Assembly: GCA_965287045.1 (NCBI GenBank)
Contig: OZ336882.1
Location: forward strand, 56,668,001-56,732,000
DNA: 64,000 bases
Direction of reading: 5' to 3'
Source of the DNA: Carcharhinus amblyrhynchos
Lineage: Eukaryota
The translations under genes and the position numbers were made by a program. The notes beneath the pieces are model-generated. The model was given only the letters and a program-made list of their open reading frames with translations. It was not told the DNA's origin and did not search any database. How positions within the stretch are numbered: position 1 is the first letter of the stretch; each line of letters starts with the position of its first letter. Positions 1-12,220 of this stretch are shown one piece after another.

Positions 1-4
1 CCCC

Positions 5-705
5 GGGTGAGTGGAGAAACATAGAATTGCTATCGAGAATATTATAGGGGCAGTATCTGAGTGGACTTCCCCCACCCCCAACTTTGATTTGAAGTTCAAA
101 TGGTTATCTTCATTGCAGATTTAACTGGTTCTTTGATTTAAATTGAAAGAATTGGCTCTGCGGCATGACGACATGTATCATAACCCTTACACAAGTTGGG
201 ATGTAAAACTCATAAGTCAAAATTTGTTGATTCAGTTCAATTATGATGGGAAAATATATTCTGATTAGTGAGCTGGTTAGTTGTATCAGAACAGTTAAAA
301 GATCACTAATACAGTTATTCCTGCTGTTACTGTTTTCATAACCCTAAATGAAATTGCATTCTCAGAAACTACCCTTAAAATTATGGCATTGGGCATTTAT
401 TGGAGCTTATTTAACTTGTATTGAAAGAAGACATTTCACCCATTTTCCAAACTAAATAAGGAATTAACTTGTGCATTAAATCAGTCAGCAGATGATAACT
501 TTCTGTCAATAAGTAGGTGGATTTTAAACAATACACCAAATAACACAATTCTGTCAATTATTTCAATTTAATTCAAAGAGCCAGTTAAATCTAAAATGAA
601 GGCAACTATTTGAACTTCAAATTCAAGGGGGGTAAACCATTCTGACTTTCCGAATAGTGCCCCTGCAATATTCTTGATAGCAGTTCAATCCTCCTTCAGT
701 CACCC
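5..705. mobile_element. Degenerate fold-back/MITE-like element with long imperfect inverted arms
   Basis: 5-148 (gggtga...gaattgctatcgagaatatt..aggggca...tttgaagttcaaatggttatcttcatt..agatttaactggttctttgatttaaattgaaa) aligns with the reverse complement of 561-705; ~410-bp spacer. Confidence 0.65.
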
Positions 706-1344
706 TGTGACCCTGTAGTCACTTACTTCCTCCAAAGCGAGTTGGCTTCCCACTTCCCCATGATGATGCTCCCTCTGTGATCAGGAACTAACCACAGGAG
801 AGTCACAGGAGCAAACTTCCATCCTACACGCTGTGGCAGAGAGTGCTGGCACAGTAACCTGCTATGCCACAACGATGCCAACAACAATTAGTCGTGGTAC
901 TAATCTCACAATCTGCAGAGCACGCTGTGCTGCTTGACAGGCCAGAGTAGGAGAAGCACATAAATATCATGTGACTGCAAAATTATCAATGTCACAGCTT
1001 TGTGTGCTCAACAAGGAGAAATACTCTCAGAGGCTCAGCAGTACATTCTGCCTGTGGACAGACCATATCCACTGCAGATTTGTCAAACTTACACTTACGA
1101 AGTGGGTGTCTTCCCTGTTGAAGCACGCACATATAAAAGAAAATTTGTTTTCTCACCATTCTATTTGAACATATAAGTACGTGTACAAACCACACAATGT
1201 GCTCATGAGAAACTATAATGATGCCTATTAACTCAGCAGTTTTATTGTGCCAAGTGATCAGTTAAAGAGTTTTTTGTTTCAATGAATAGCATTGATCATA
1301 AACAGGGTGTAACATTAAAACAAATTGTTCTTGAATTATGGGCA

Positions 1345-1625
1345 AGGCTAGCAAAGCAGCATTCATTTGCATATCCCTATTGCCTTGAGGGCACTAATAG
1401 TTAACTACATAGCATGGGACTGGACTCACCTGTAGGCCAGGCTAGGAGAGGATGAAGTTTGCTCCTTGAAGTAAATTAGTAAACCAAATGGCTGTTTACA
1501 ACAGTCCAACAACTTTCATGGCCATTTTACCTGATGCCAGCCCACAAGTTATGATATTGGTTGGACTCAATTTCCAGACTTGCCAAGATGGCATCTAACT
1601 TTAACCTCTGGTTGCTAGTCCAGTA
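1345..1625 (-). mobile_element. Old tRNA-head SINE (same family as 21140, 27250, 54490)
   Basis: Shares ...ggactcacctgtaggccag...ttagtaaacca...tttcatggcc...ctctggttgctagtccag blocks with the other copies. Confidence 0.55.
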
Positions 1626-4600
1626 TCAAACTCTCTTTTATGCCAATATTGTGCTTTGAGGGTGAACTCTTTAAGTGCTAGTCACAACATATGTTGTGTA
1701 ACCATACGCAGTTGTTTGTTCAGCAATCTGAGAGTTAATGTGCAGCCCCAAGGGACAATGTAGTGGCAGTGTCTCTCAGAGTAAAACACAGCACTAAAGA
1801 ATGGTGTGATGCAGGACAATGCCTGAAATCCTTACACTGAACTACCAATCCTCACTGTCCTTAGTCATTGATGATGTGTGGAAAGTCCTCACAGGGGAAA
1901 GAAAACAAAATTCTTACCCTGAAGGTAGATAAAGAATGCCGCATATACAAAATTTTAAAATTCATGCAAACTCCATGACTACAGTGGGGTAAAGATTACT
2001 TCCTGTGTAACTATGCAGTGTACCTGTTTATTAGTAGGGAAAGAGTTAAAATGCTGTTTTTTTTTAAAGTATGCATTTGTGCCAAACATTTTGCACTCTC
2101 GTATACATCGCTTGCACAGCTTCCTTTCCATAATGACATGCCACCATCCTTAAATTTCAAGTCAGTCATACAATGATTCTTTTGCTTCCCAGCCAGGGCT
2201 GGAGCAATAGTTTTGCTTTTTTTTACAAAAGCCTGACTAATTAAGTTGTGTTGTGTCTCTGCGTCTGCAATCAAAAAGCAGGTAATTATTCGTCGGATCC
2301 AATTTCACATCCCTTCAATGCATCTTACTCATAACAGAACCATAATTAGCAGATCATGGGCATATGGGATAGAAGAGTGTCGAAGCCACAAACCCTCACT
2401 TGAATTTATACACCATCTGTCTGCAATATAGCGCAAAATGTAATTGCTAATCCATCTCTGAACTAATGTTCTCATTATCCCACCACGAGACAGTGCAATC
2501 ATCACAACAAGTGTAAAATTTGTACTAAAATGCTAGCTGGAGTTGTAATGGACTAGAAAATCTGTCTACTGTGAAAGGCAATTCACACTCTTGAGTTAAA
2601 CACTTACTTTTGTTCAGTTTCTGTTCTACAATTCTCTGTCCTTACACAATCACTGTTCAATAACTTGAGCTCTTAATTATAAGCAGTTTTGGTATTAGGG
2701 ATAGGATTAAGTATGGGTTAGGGTTGGCATTAAGATTAGTGTCAGGTATGGGTGCACTGTCACAATGATGAGGAAAAACCAGCTGTTGTAACAATGCCTT
2801 TGTACAGTTGTTATACTAGTTCTATCCTTTGTGTTATTTGCGATCTCTCACTTTGCATCGCTAGACCCACTGTGTCACACCACCCCCCTCCACCATTATT
2901 AAAATATCCCATTAATGATCTCTGCAAATGCAACTCACAACAGTATCACGATCACTGATTTATTGAAAGAAGAATTACACTCTGAGATGTTGGAAAATAC
3001 CCGAATGAAATCATGTAACTTCAACATTAGTCAGCAGACACGCCATTTGATAAAGCCAGTTTCAATAATGTCAGCTCATCCAGCATTTAATTCACCCCTA
3101 TACCTCTACAGTGCCACAATCATTTAACACAGAACTGAAGAAATGCAGAAAAGGAAGCCTGATTAGTACGTCTAATTTGTGTCTCAATATGATCTTTTTA
3201 ACAGATTCTTATCCACCGCTCAGGAGAACGTTTCCCAGTGCTGGGAAGGAACATTTGCTCTATATTTTAATAACCACGATCAGCATCAGCAATTCCTTGG
3301 TCTTCTATAGGTAAAGTGCAATTGCCAATGATGTATTAACTTGGGAGGAATTCAAGCATTTGGTGCAAAATAAAATTCCTCCACTATCTTCCAGCAGCGT
3401 AGAATATGTCAGGCACTATCCTCCATCACTTCAGGGATTTCTGTACGTTAGGAAATTTTACCAACTTGACATCTTTGAATTTTCCATATACTCCCAGATG
3501 GATCGTCAGTGAATGCACATGCCACCACAAGTATCTTAATACCCACCAGTCCAAATATAGCTCTGTACTAACTAAAGGGTGGCCTAAGTTACTGACATCC
3601 TAAATGACGATTTTAGTATGTCTGAAATAGAGCTGTTAGAATCAGCACAGCTGGGTATACTTTCTGCTGACCATTGCGACAACTGTCACGCTTCAGCATC
3701 ACACAGTAACTCATTAAAACTTGTGTGTGATATACACTTTTCATTGGCTACTTCAATAATTTAGTGACCAGACAGATATTATGTTATCAGCAAGTAACAA
3801 GCAGGTTATTAAAGACACCAACAATAAATTTCAAAAAATAATTCATGGATCGGATATAGGCAACTAGCATCAGCTTCCAATAAAAGAAAAGCTGAGCTTC
3901 ATGCTTTTTCATTTTTAAAATCTTACTTACGTCTTTCCCTATTGAACACTTTATTATTGATGTCAAGCAATCTTTAATAAAAAGCAAGATATAACTTACT
4001 TCTGCTTCTCCTGACCTGCAGTCAGACATTTGCCAGCATTTTCTTAAATGTACCGTTCCCTTATCTGAAGGCAATTGTGAAATGAATACAACCCCAGGGT
4101 CAAATAGACTTTGCAACCTTAAAGAAACGCAGATCCACCACGGCTGCAAAACAATTAATTGTACTTGGCATGATGTACGAATCTCATATTTCTTAAATGC
4201 TATCATTTAACCTCTGAACAGTGATTTGTTAGTTTCAAAAGAAAATCGGATTACGCTAAAATGTTATTTTTCAGTCCCATTTCTCACTCTACAAAAACTC
4301 ATGTTGTGGTGACTAGAACATGGTGGAATCATTCAGCCTAAGCTGTCTGTGAGAGCTGCTTTGCAGGTAGATGACTGTAACATCTTACTGCTCACATTAA
4401 GCACATCACAATGTAGTTATTCATCCCCAGGAACCATTCCAATAATATCTTTGTGTGCATGATGCATGTGGAAAATTCTGTGTAATATGCAATATTTTGA
4501 ACATTTTCCAAATGTCATATACAAGTATTATGTCTTATGTCAAACAGCATAGTTAAGTCTTGAATTTATAAAATTCCAGATTGATCAATATGTCTCAGTG

Positions 4601-5889
4601 TAAACAGGTCAGCTCTCTTTCATTGACAAAAGAATTAAAATGGAAAGCTTTACTATCACAGAGAAGGAATTTTAATTGCATAATTTCATTACTGTAAAGC
4701 AACATGCACCAATCCTTAATGTTTAGCAGTACAAACAATGTAAGCAAGTACCTTCAGATGTCTAGAAACCAAAGCTCTGAGTAACTAACTCAGCATAGAT
4801 GCTGAGTAGCTCTAAGTAATAATTAGCTTTCCAGGAAACTGCCAATAGCGGTGCCCATAATCAGGGGGAAAGATTTCATTTGAAAATCTTCCAGACAACA
4901 CAAAAAATGTTTTTGCCAAACTAGAACAAAAGATCAGACCAATTTCCTATGGTGTCTGCTCCTATTTTGTTTAGTAAGATAGGCAAGTTTGGAATTGGGA
5001 GGTGCTGAGGAAAGGGAAATTATGTTGCTACTTACATGCAAAATAATAGCATTGCAGATCTGTGTTGGCCGATTTGCTGAATTTGATATTAATTAGAACA
5101 CAGTAATCGGGCAAGTTGGTCTGTAAAAACAGGAACAAAGAAAGTAATGTTCTGAAACATTGCCTGAAGGTAGAGGCCTTCACATTCAAGATCCCTTATT
5201 GCTTTGGTGAGTAGTTTCATAATGGAAAATTCAATATGACCTTATTGTCTAGGACTAGATTTCTAGCTTAAAAAGGCGCTTATCTGATCCTTGACTGTAC
5301 TGAGGCCTATCCCATAAACCATCAGAAACCAAAAAAGCAGATTCAAACCTGATTGTGGAAATTACTTGCCATACTCATTAACAGAACAACAGAGCACTGA
5401 TACATTATGGGCATGACTTATCCTTTCCATCTCTGGTATTGGATTAAAAACCAAACATGTGTTCCTTTGTTCCAGTGTACTTTGTGAAGCCATTGTATGT
5501 TGTCTTTTAACTTTCTTCCAGTTAAATTTGGAGATAAGGATCTGTAAATGGACTGTTGAAGTTAGGAAACTGCAGGAAAAGACTGTATATGAGCTGGCAG
5601 GCAGAAAGCAACTTGCATTTATAAAGTGCCTTTAGTGTAATATTCCAAACTCCCCTAGGACCATCCTTCATTCTGTTCCACTGTAAGGACAGACCACTAG
5701 AGGTATGGGTACAATGGTACAAAATCAATGGGTGGAAGTTGAAAAAGAAAGCATGCAACTGGAAGTCCTCAATATTACCATGCATCTCATGAGGTTTCAA
5801 GGCTTTGGGTGAAACATGGGAAACGAAACCTCCTGAAGATTACCACTACTGCCTTCCCTGAGCCAATAAAACAGTAGCCCTTTACATCA

Positions 5890-7750
5890 CTTGAAGGGAG
5901 CACAGAGATTGCAAGGACATAGATTGTATTCTAGATAGGGAACTTAAATGGTTATCATTAACAGTGGCTCAGTAATACCATCACCGACTGAGCTGGTAAA
6001 GTCCAGACATAAAAAGTCTGACAACAACAGGTTTGTCCAGAAGGACATGACTGTCAGGTTGTGCTTGTGACAGGTGATGAAAGAACCAACAAGAAATGAT
6101 TTACTTGACCTGGTGTCAACCAGTCTACCTGCCACAAGTGCATCTGTCTATGATAACTTTGATTGGACTGACCACAAGATCATCTGCATGCAGGCAAAGT
6201 CCCATCTCAGAGGACATCCTTCATTGCATCATCACCATGTTAAGTGAAAATAATGAGGATCAAATCTGACCACTCAAAGTGGCAGCTACAAGATTACTTG
6301 CATAAACAGAAGAATCAACATTCTATCGAGAGGGGTAAGTATTTGCTGCAGCAAAACTCTGCAGTCCTGAAATATCAAACCATGAATACTGGTGGACAAT
6401 TAAATGACTAACGAGCAGAGGTGGCCCCATGGACATACCCTCAACTTGCGTGCAAAAGGTTAAATGTTTGCAACCAGGTGTGCCAACTGGATGTTCTTTT
6501 TTGGCTTCACTGAGATTTCCAACATCACAAATGTCACAGATTGGTCTTCAACTCATTCAGTTTGCTTCATGTAACATCATGAAATGGCTAAATGCACTGT
6601 TCACAATGAAGGCTCATGGGCAGCAACAACATTCCATTGAAGACAAGCTTTGTCACAACTAAACTGTTCCATACAGTTACAATACTGACATCTACCTGAT
6701 GAATTTAAAATTGAATGTGCAATTCACAAAGTTTGAGAAATCGAACACCCTTCATTACCTGCTACACCTGCTGGCAATTGGAAGCAAATTAAGTAGCACT
6801 CACTCACCAATAGCCCTCTCATCATGCACAGTTTGGGTTCCCCAGGACCACTTGGCTCGAGAATGCATTACAATCTTGATTCATGCACACGTATGAAAGC
6901 TGAATTGCAGAAATGTGGGGAAAGTGATTGTCCTTAAAGTCAAGACGATATTTAACTGAGTCTGGCACCAAGGACCCTTAGTAAATCTGAACTCACCGGA
7001 ACTGAGGGAAAAAGCTCTCCGGGCTGGTGTCATACCTCGCACAAAGGAAGATAGTTCTGATTGCTGGAAGTCAGTCACATCATCTCTAGGATATCATTGC
7101 AGCAGTTATTCAGGGCAGTGTCCTACACTCAGTGATTTTGAGCTGCTTCATCAATGACCTTCCCTCTATCATGAAGTCAAATGTGACACTGTTCATTGAT
7201 AATAGTGTTTCAGCTTGATTTGCAATTTCTCAAGCAATGAAGCAATCTCTGGCCACATCTTAAATCCAGGCTGGGGTGGAAGTTTGTAACATTCACACAA
7301 GTGTCAAACAGTGACCATTTCCAACAATGGAGAATCAAAGCATTTCTCCTTGTTTGAGTGGGTGCAGTTACAGCAACACTGCAGAAATTTGACAAAATCC
7401 AAGACAAAACAATTCACTTGATCAAAATTTCATTCATTAGCCTAAACATCCACGCCCTTCCAGCACTGGGATAGTGTGTACTGTCTACAAGGTGCATGGT
7501 GGCAACACTGAGCAGCATATGCCAAACCTGCAACATCCACCACCTAGATCAACAAAGGCAGCAATTACTTGGAAACATCCAAACCTGGGTATAATTAAAA
7601 TATTACTACTCCTTCATTGTCACTGGGCAAAATCCTAGAACTCCCATCAAACAGTTCTGCATGAATACCTTTACTATATTGTTGCCACAGTTCAAGAAGG
7701 CCCACCAAAGCCTCTGAAAAGTAACTAGTGATGGACAACACATGCCATGT
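5890..7750 (+). mobile_element. Decayed LINE (CR1/L2 superclade), RT region and 3' tail
   Basis: RT motif remnants QGSVL (7111) and CFINDLPS (~7144); 3' tail gttcaagaaggc... shared with 8180-8480 and 30750-31772. Confidence 0.65.
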
Positions 7751-8179
7751 ACGGAATTAACATAAATTTATTAGCAAATGTCCCAAAGTACTTTGTGGTA
7801 GAAATAGACATCAGCATATCATGAGAACCATGACTCAGATGATGGGACAAGGGTGGTGGGTTAGATGAAGCCATGGAAAATCATTTTGAAACTTAAATGA
7901 AGAATTGCAATTCAACATGTATTGGGGTGGGAGAAGGAGCAGATATGGGAATGGCAGTGGGTGGAGAGGACTAGGATGATGAGACAGAGTTTTGGGTTAG
8001 CTGCAGTTTGAATCCAGGTGAGGTGGAACTTCTAAGTCATTGGAGAAAATAGATGGTTATCAAAAATCTGGCTAAAGGTTTCAGGACTGCAGTCCAAATG
8101 GGTTAAGAGACAAGATACAAGTTGGGTTAATGTTGGGTATGAATCTGATTAGTTTTTCTCAAAAAAGCTGAGGCTCCAT

Positions 8180-8480
8180 TTACAGCACCTTCCAAATCTG
8201 TGACCTTTCCCATCTCAAATGGTAGGAGGAGAGATACATGAGAAAACCATCACCTGGAAGTTCCCCTCCAAGCCACACACCATCCTAACATGGAAATACA
8301 TCACCATTCCTGCATTAAAATCCTGGAACTTCCTTTGTAACAGTACCATGGGTGTACCTACATCAAATTAACTGTAACAGTTCAAAAAGGCAGCTCAGCA
8401 CCATTTACTCAAGGGATGGACAACAAAAATGCTGATCTAGCCAACGACATCTATGTCTCCTGAAAGAACTAATAAAAATG
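8180..8480 (+). mobile_element. LINE 3' end fragment (family of 5890-7750)
   Basis: caccatc..aagttcccctccaagccacacaccatcct...gttcaaaaaggcagctcagcacc..ctcaagg followed by an A-rich tail. Confidence 0.6.
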
Positions 8481-9237
8481 AAATAAAAGTAAATAAAAAA
8501 TAATAAAAGTAAAAATCACACTAGTGTTTGTTATAATTTATTAGATTACCAAATACCACATCATAAAGTATAAATAATTTAAACAAAAAAGAAGCTGGGA
8601 TGAAGAATTTGCGACCCAGAAACAGATTCATCTACATCAAAAGGGGCAGTACTGCGAACTCAGCCATCCTGTGAGAAAAATAGTGAATACGAGTTGTGAA
8701 TATATCACAAGCTTAAATATGCGACAAAACTAAGTTCAACCTTTATCTTTTAAAGTATGGGTTGGAAAGTATCAACTGTTGGAACAGCCAGTTTTAAAAG
8801 TGATTCAGCTGAAATAAACACTAATTTATTTCATCACGTGTTAACAGTAGCATCATTAGCCCTTTAATCTGATGGATGATAAAGTTTATTTATCAGTCAC
8901 AAGTAAGGCTTACATTAATACTGCAATGGAGTTACTGCGAAATTTCACACGCATCAGTTATATTTTCTCATGTCTGTCCTCTTATTTTAATTGTCTACTT
9001 TCTTTTTTATCCCAGTTCTTCAACAAATCTAATTCTACAACTTTAAACGAGCATCGTTCCTTCTGCATCTACATTTCCATTATCCAAAGCATTGCGCCAA
9101 TTTCAGTAGAAAACCAGTTATGTTGTAGGCCAGTGAAAGCTGCACTCAGAAAATTCATTGATAACAGTGCTGGAGCGCTCCACATCACACTTGCCCATTC
9201 GTTCACTGCTAACTGAGCGCGGCCAGGCTGTGGGGGT

Positions 9238-9432
9238 GGAGCGCGTGCCGTCCGAAGCGGGAGGGAGATGAGTGAATGAAGGGCGCGCAGCGCAGGCGCA
9301 CGCTGTGAGAGCGGAGCGCGTGCCGTCCGACGCGGAAGGGAAGCGAATGAATGAAGGGCGCGCTGTGAGAGCGGAGCGCGTGCCGTCCGAAGCGGGAGGG
9401 AGGCGAGTGAATGAAAGCGCGCGGCGCAGGCG
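9238..9432. repeat. Three-copy GC-rich tandem repeat (periods 75 and 60 bp)
   Basis: Core ggagcgcgtgccgtccga..cgg.aggga...ga.tgaatgaa starts at 9238, 9313 and 9373. Confidence 0.9.
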
Positions 9433-9691
9433 CGGCCAGGCTGAGGCATGACTTCACAAAGCGGAGGAGGACCCAGCCCGGCGTAGGCGCGCGGCTCGAG
9501 CAGGTGGCAGTTGTCAATGTGCCCCACGCGAGCATGAGATACGCCGCGGCTTCCGGTGATCCCGGGAAAGGGTCAGTGTCAACACTCGGACGGTCCCCCT
9601 CCCCCTGCTAATTACTCCCCCCACCCCTTCTTCCCCCCCCCCTTTCCCTCCCCTTCCACCACCGCCCCCACCGGCCAGCACCAACCGCCTC

Positions 9692-10035
9692 ATGTCTTCC
9701 ACCAACCAGAACTGGTTCCCCACTCACTTGCGAGTGACGGTTATCGGCGCCCGCAGGCTCCGTGCCAAGCGCAGGGATGGGCTCAACAACTGCTACACGG
9801 TGATCCGCCTGGGCAACGACAAGTACATGACCTCGGTGAAGAGCGGCACCCTAAACCCCGAGTGGAAGGAGGAGTGCACCTTGCAGCTGCCCTTGGTCCT
9901 GGACAACTCGGACAAATGGACGCTGCACCTGACCGTCAAACACAACAACAGCCACCTGCCCGTGGACAACTTCCTGGGCCACCTGGCTCTGCCCATCGCC
10001 CAGCTGTACGACAACAAGAGCAGGAGGAAGAACGA
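9692..10035 (+). CDS. RAB11FIP2-like: Class I Rab11 family-interacting protein, exon 1 (C2 domain)
   Basis: WFPTHLRVTVIGAR...YTVIRLGNDKYMTSV...PEWKEEC...DNFLG...RRKNE matches the class I FIP C2 N-terminus (human FIP2 WFPTHVQVTV...WKEEASFELP...DKFLG...RRKTE); donor GA|gtaagg, phase 2; paralog assignment uncertain. Confidence 0.92.
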
Positions 10036-10109
10036 GTAAGGCTCCCACCCTGAATCCGATCCTGCCTGTTATTTTCCTGAAATTGCTCAGTCATTACCCA
10101 CCTTTTGGC

Positions 10110-10455
10110 GCGTGGCGTGGGAAATTTGCAGAATACTGAAAGGCCTGGAGAGAGTGGAATTGGAAAGATCAGAGAAACTAGGATCCGAGATCACAGCCTC
10201 AGAGTAAATGGGCAACTCTTTACAATGGAGATGAGGGGGAATTTGTTCAGCAGAGGGTGGTGAATCTGAAATTTGTTGCCACAGAAGGCTGCAGAGGCCA
10301 GGTCGTTGAGTGTATCTAAGACAGAGATAGATAGGTTCTTGATTGGTAACGGGATCAAAGGTTATAGAGAAAAGATGGGAGAGTGGGATTGAGAAAAATA
10401 TCAACCACAATTGAATTAGTGGACCAAATGGCCTAATGCTGCTCCTATATCTCAT
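10110..10455 (+). mobile_element. CR1 LINE 3' fragment
   Basis: gagatgaggggg..ttt..cagagggtggtgaatctg...gagatagataggttcttgatt...aatggcctaatgctgctcctat, a typical CR1 3' end. Confidence 0.75.
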
Positions 10456-11399
10456 AAACTAGTTCATCAACAAAAATAGTATTTTTGTGCAACTCTGCAC
10501 AATGTGAAGACTAGGCAGGCAAATATGTTAATTTTACCAGCCTGAGTAGGGAGACCAGACCATCCATATCTATGTTTAACTCATCCAAACTATAACTGCA
10601 GGTCCTTATACTACTTTGGCCATCTGCATACTGTTTCTCGCCCTAGAATTTTTCAAGCTATATAAAATGAGTTTTCTCCACTCTTGTCCTGCCTCTTTAC
10701 TTTTCTCTCTCAAACTCTTTGTCTTCATATCCTTGGTTAATACCTCAATATTCTCTGGCTCCCTGGCATTAACTGGAATGTTTACTGAGCTTATTTTTAC
10801 TATGGCTGTTAGAAAAGATAGTCAATTTTAGACTCCATGCGTAAAGCCACTCTTACCAGCGTAATGGCTGTATAGCTAAGTCTCTGAGTACAGAGATATA
10901 TATAAAACAATTTCATGAAAACTGAAGTAGAAATGACTTAGACCTTGGTGTACAGCAGAACATTTCAAAGTTTGCTGAGTTGATAGTATAGAAAATCAAA
11001 AGGATAAAGATTGGTGGACTGGCCAGTGACAGATTAAATTTAATGCAAACAAGTGTGAAGTGATTCATTTTTGCAGAGAGACAGTATAAACTAAAGGGTA
11101 TAATTCTAAAGATGTTGCGTATGTGCACAAGTCATTGAAGATGGCAGGACAGGTTAAGAGTGCTGTTAAAGCATACAACATCCTAGGCCCCCTAGTCATA
11201 GCCAGAGGCAGGAATTCTCTAACTGATAATGCTGGTGAGATTCTCTCATCCTGCCAGCAGCACTCCTGTTGTGAATTTCCTGGTGGCAAAGGGTGGTTTC
11301 AGTGGCAATTTGCACTGCAAGCAGTGCACCACCTCCACTGCCAAGAAAAACACTGAGAGGAACCCAGGGAATCTCACCCAGGGAATCACCCAGTGGCCC

Positions 11400-12220
11400 C
11401 TCTTCCTGCTGTGCACTGTTGTCCCACAAGGATCGATTTTTGACCTGTTCTTATTTCTCATCTGCATACTGCCACTTGGCAACATCAGTTGCCACACTTT
11501 ACCACCATCTCTCTTAATCCTTCTGTTGTCTCTAAATCGTCTGATTACTTGTCCAGCATCTAGTTCTGAATGAGCAGCAATTTTCTCCAAATAAGTATTG
11601 GGAAGTTCAAAGCTACTTTCAATCACCACCACCAACTCTAATTCACTCCTTGGTTACTATCTGAAGCTGAACTAGATTGTTTAAAACCTTAGTGTTGAAT
11701 TTGACATTGAGGAGCTTCCAACTACATGTCCATGCTGCCGCTAAGACTGCCTGTTTTAACTTCAGTATTATCATCCAGCAACACCCTGTCTCAATTTTTC
11801 TGCTGCAGGATCCCCTCATCCATGCCTTTGTTGTCTCTGGACTTGACTATTCCAACACACTGTTCATACCTGTCATTTTCTAGCCTCCATTCGTTTGTGT
11901 TGCTCTGTTACCCATATCCTATTTGCACTAAGTTCTATTTCACTATCTCCCCTGTTAAGCAAGGCCTCAATTTTTAAAATTCTCATTCTTGCCTTCAAAT
12001 CTTTCCATGGCCTCATTCCTCCCTGTCTCTAACCTTCTGCAAGACCACAACATGCCAATTTTGCACTTTCCCACTATCAGTGACTGGTCCTTCAGCTGCC
12101 ATGGCCCTAAATTCTGGAATTCCCTTGCTAAACCTTCACTTCTCTATCCTGCTTCCCTCCTTTTAGACTCCCCTTAAAATATTATCTCTATGACAAAGGC
12201 TTCTTTCTGGCTCTGTCAAA
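11400..12220 (+). mobile_element. L2-type LINE remnant
   Basis: VPQGSIFDLFLFLICILPLGNI RT motif; LIHAFVVSGLDYSN; 3' ccttcagctgccatggccctaaattctggaattccct. Confidence 0.7.

Larger units (their letters stand above)
9215..10040 (+). promoter_or_regulatory. CpG island promoter / first exon of the RAB11FIP-like gene
   Basis: Abrupt switch to GC- and CpG-rich sequence in an otherwise CpG-depleted window; NRF1-like GCGCAGGCGC at 9290 and 9424; ETS-like CTTCCGG at 9550. Confidence 0.8.

Noticed and set aside
2690-2750. TTAGGG-like hexamers
   Set aside because: Only two exact units in a degenerate tract; not an interstitial telomere
3205-3310. Plus-strand exon-like segment (aacag|...tag|gtaaag)
   Set aside because: Upstream of the promoter, no partner exons, no homology
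9238-9432. Repeat array as CRISPR
   Set aside because: Eukaryotic context, no unique spacers, no cas genes
9069-9535. Minus-strand ORFs with repeated ARAPLSQR/GRHALRSHS peptides
   Set aside because: Translation of the promoter tandem repeat; GC-rich DNA lacks stop codons
10036-10039. Stop codon making a single-exon 115-aa protein
   Set aside because: The TAA lies within the gtaag donor; homology continues in phase at 17918
9556-10053. 165-aa + ORF and antisense ORFs over exon 1
   Set aside because: Shadow frames of the real C2-coding frame
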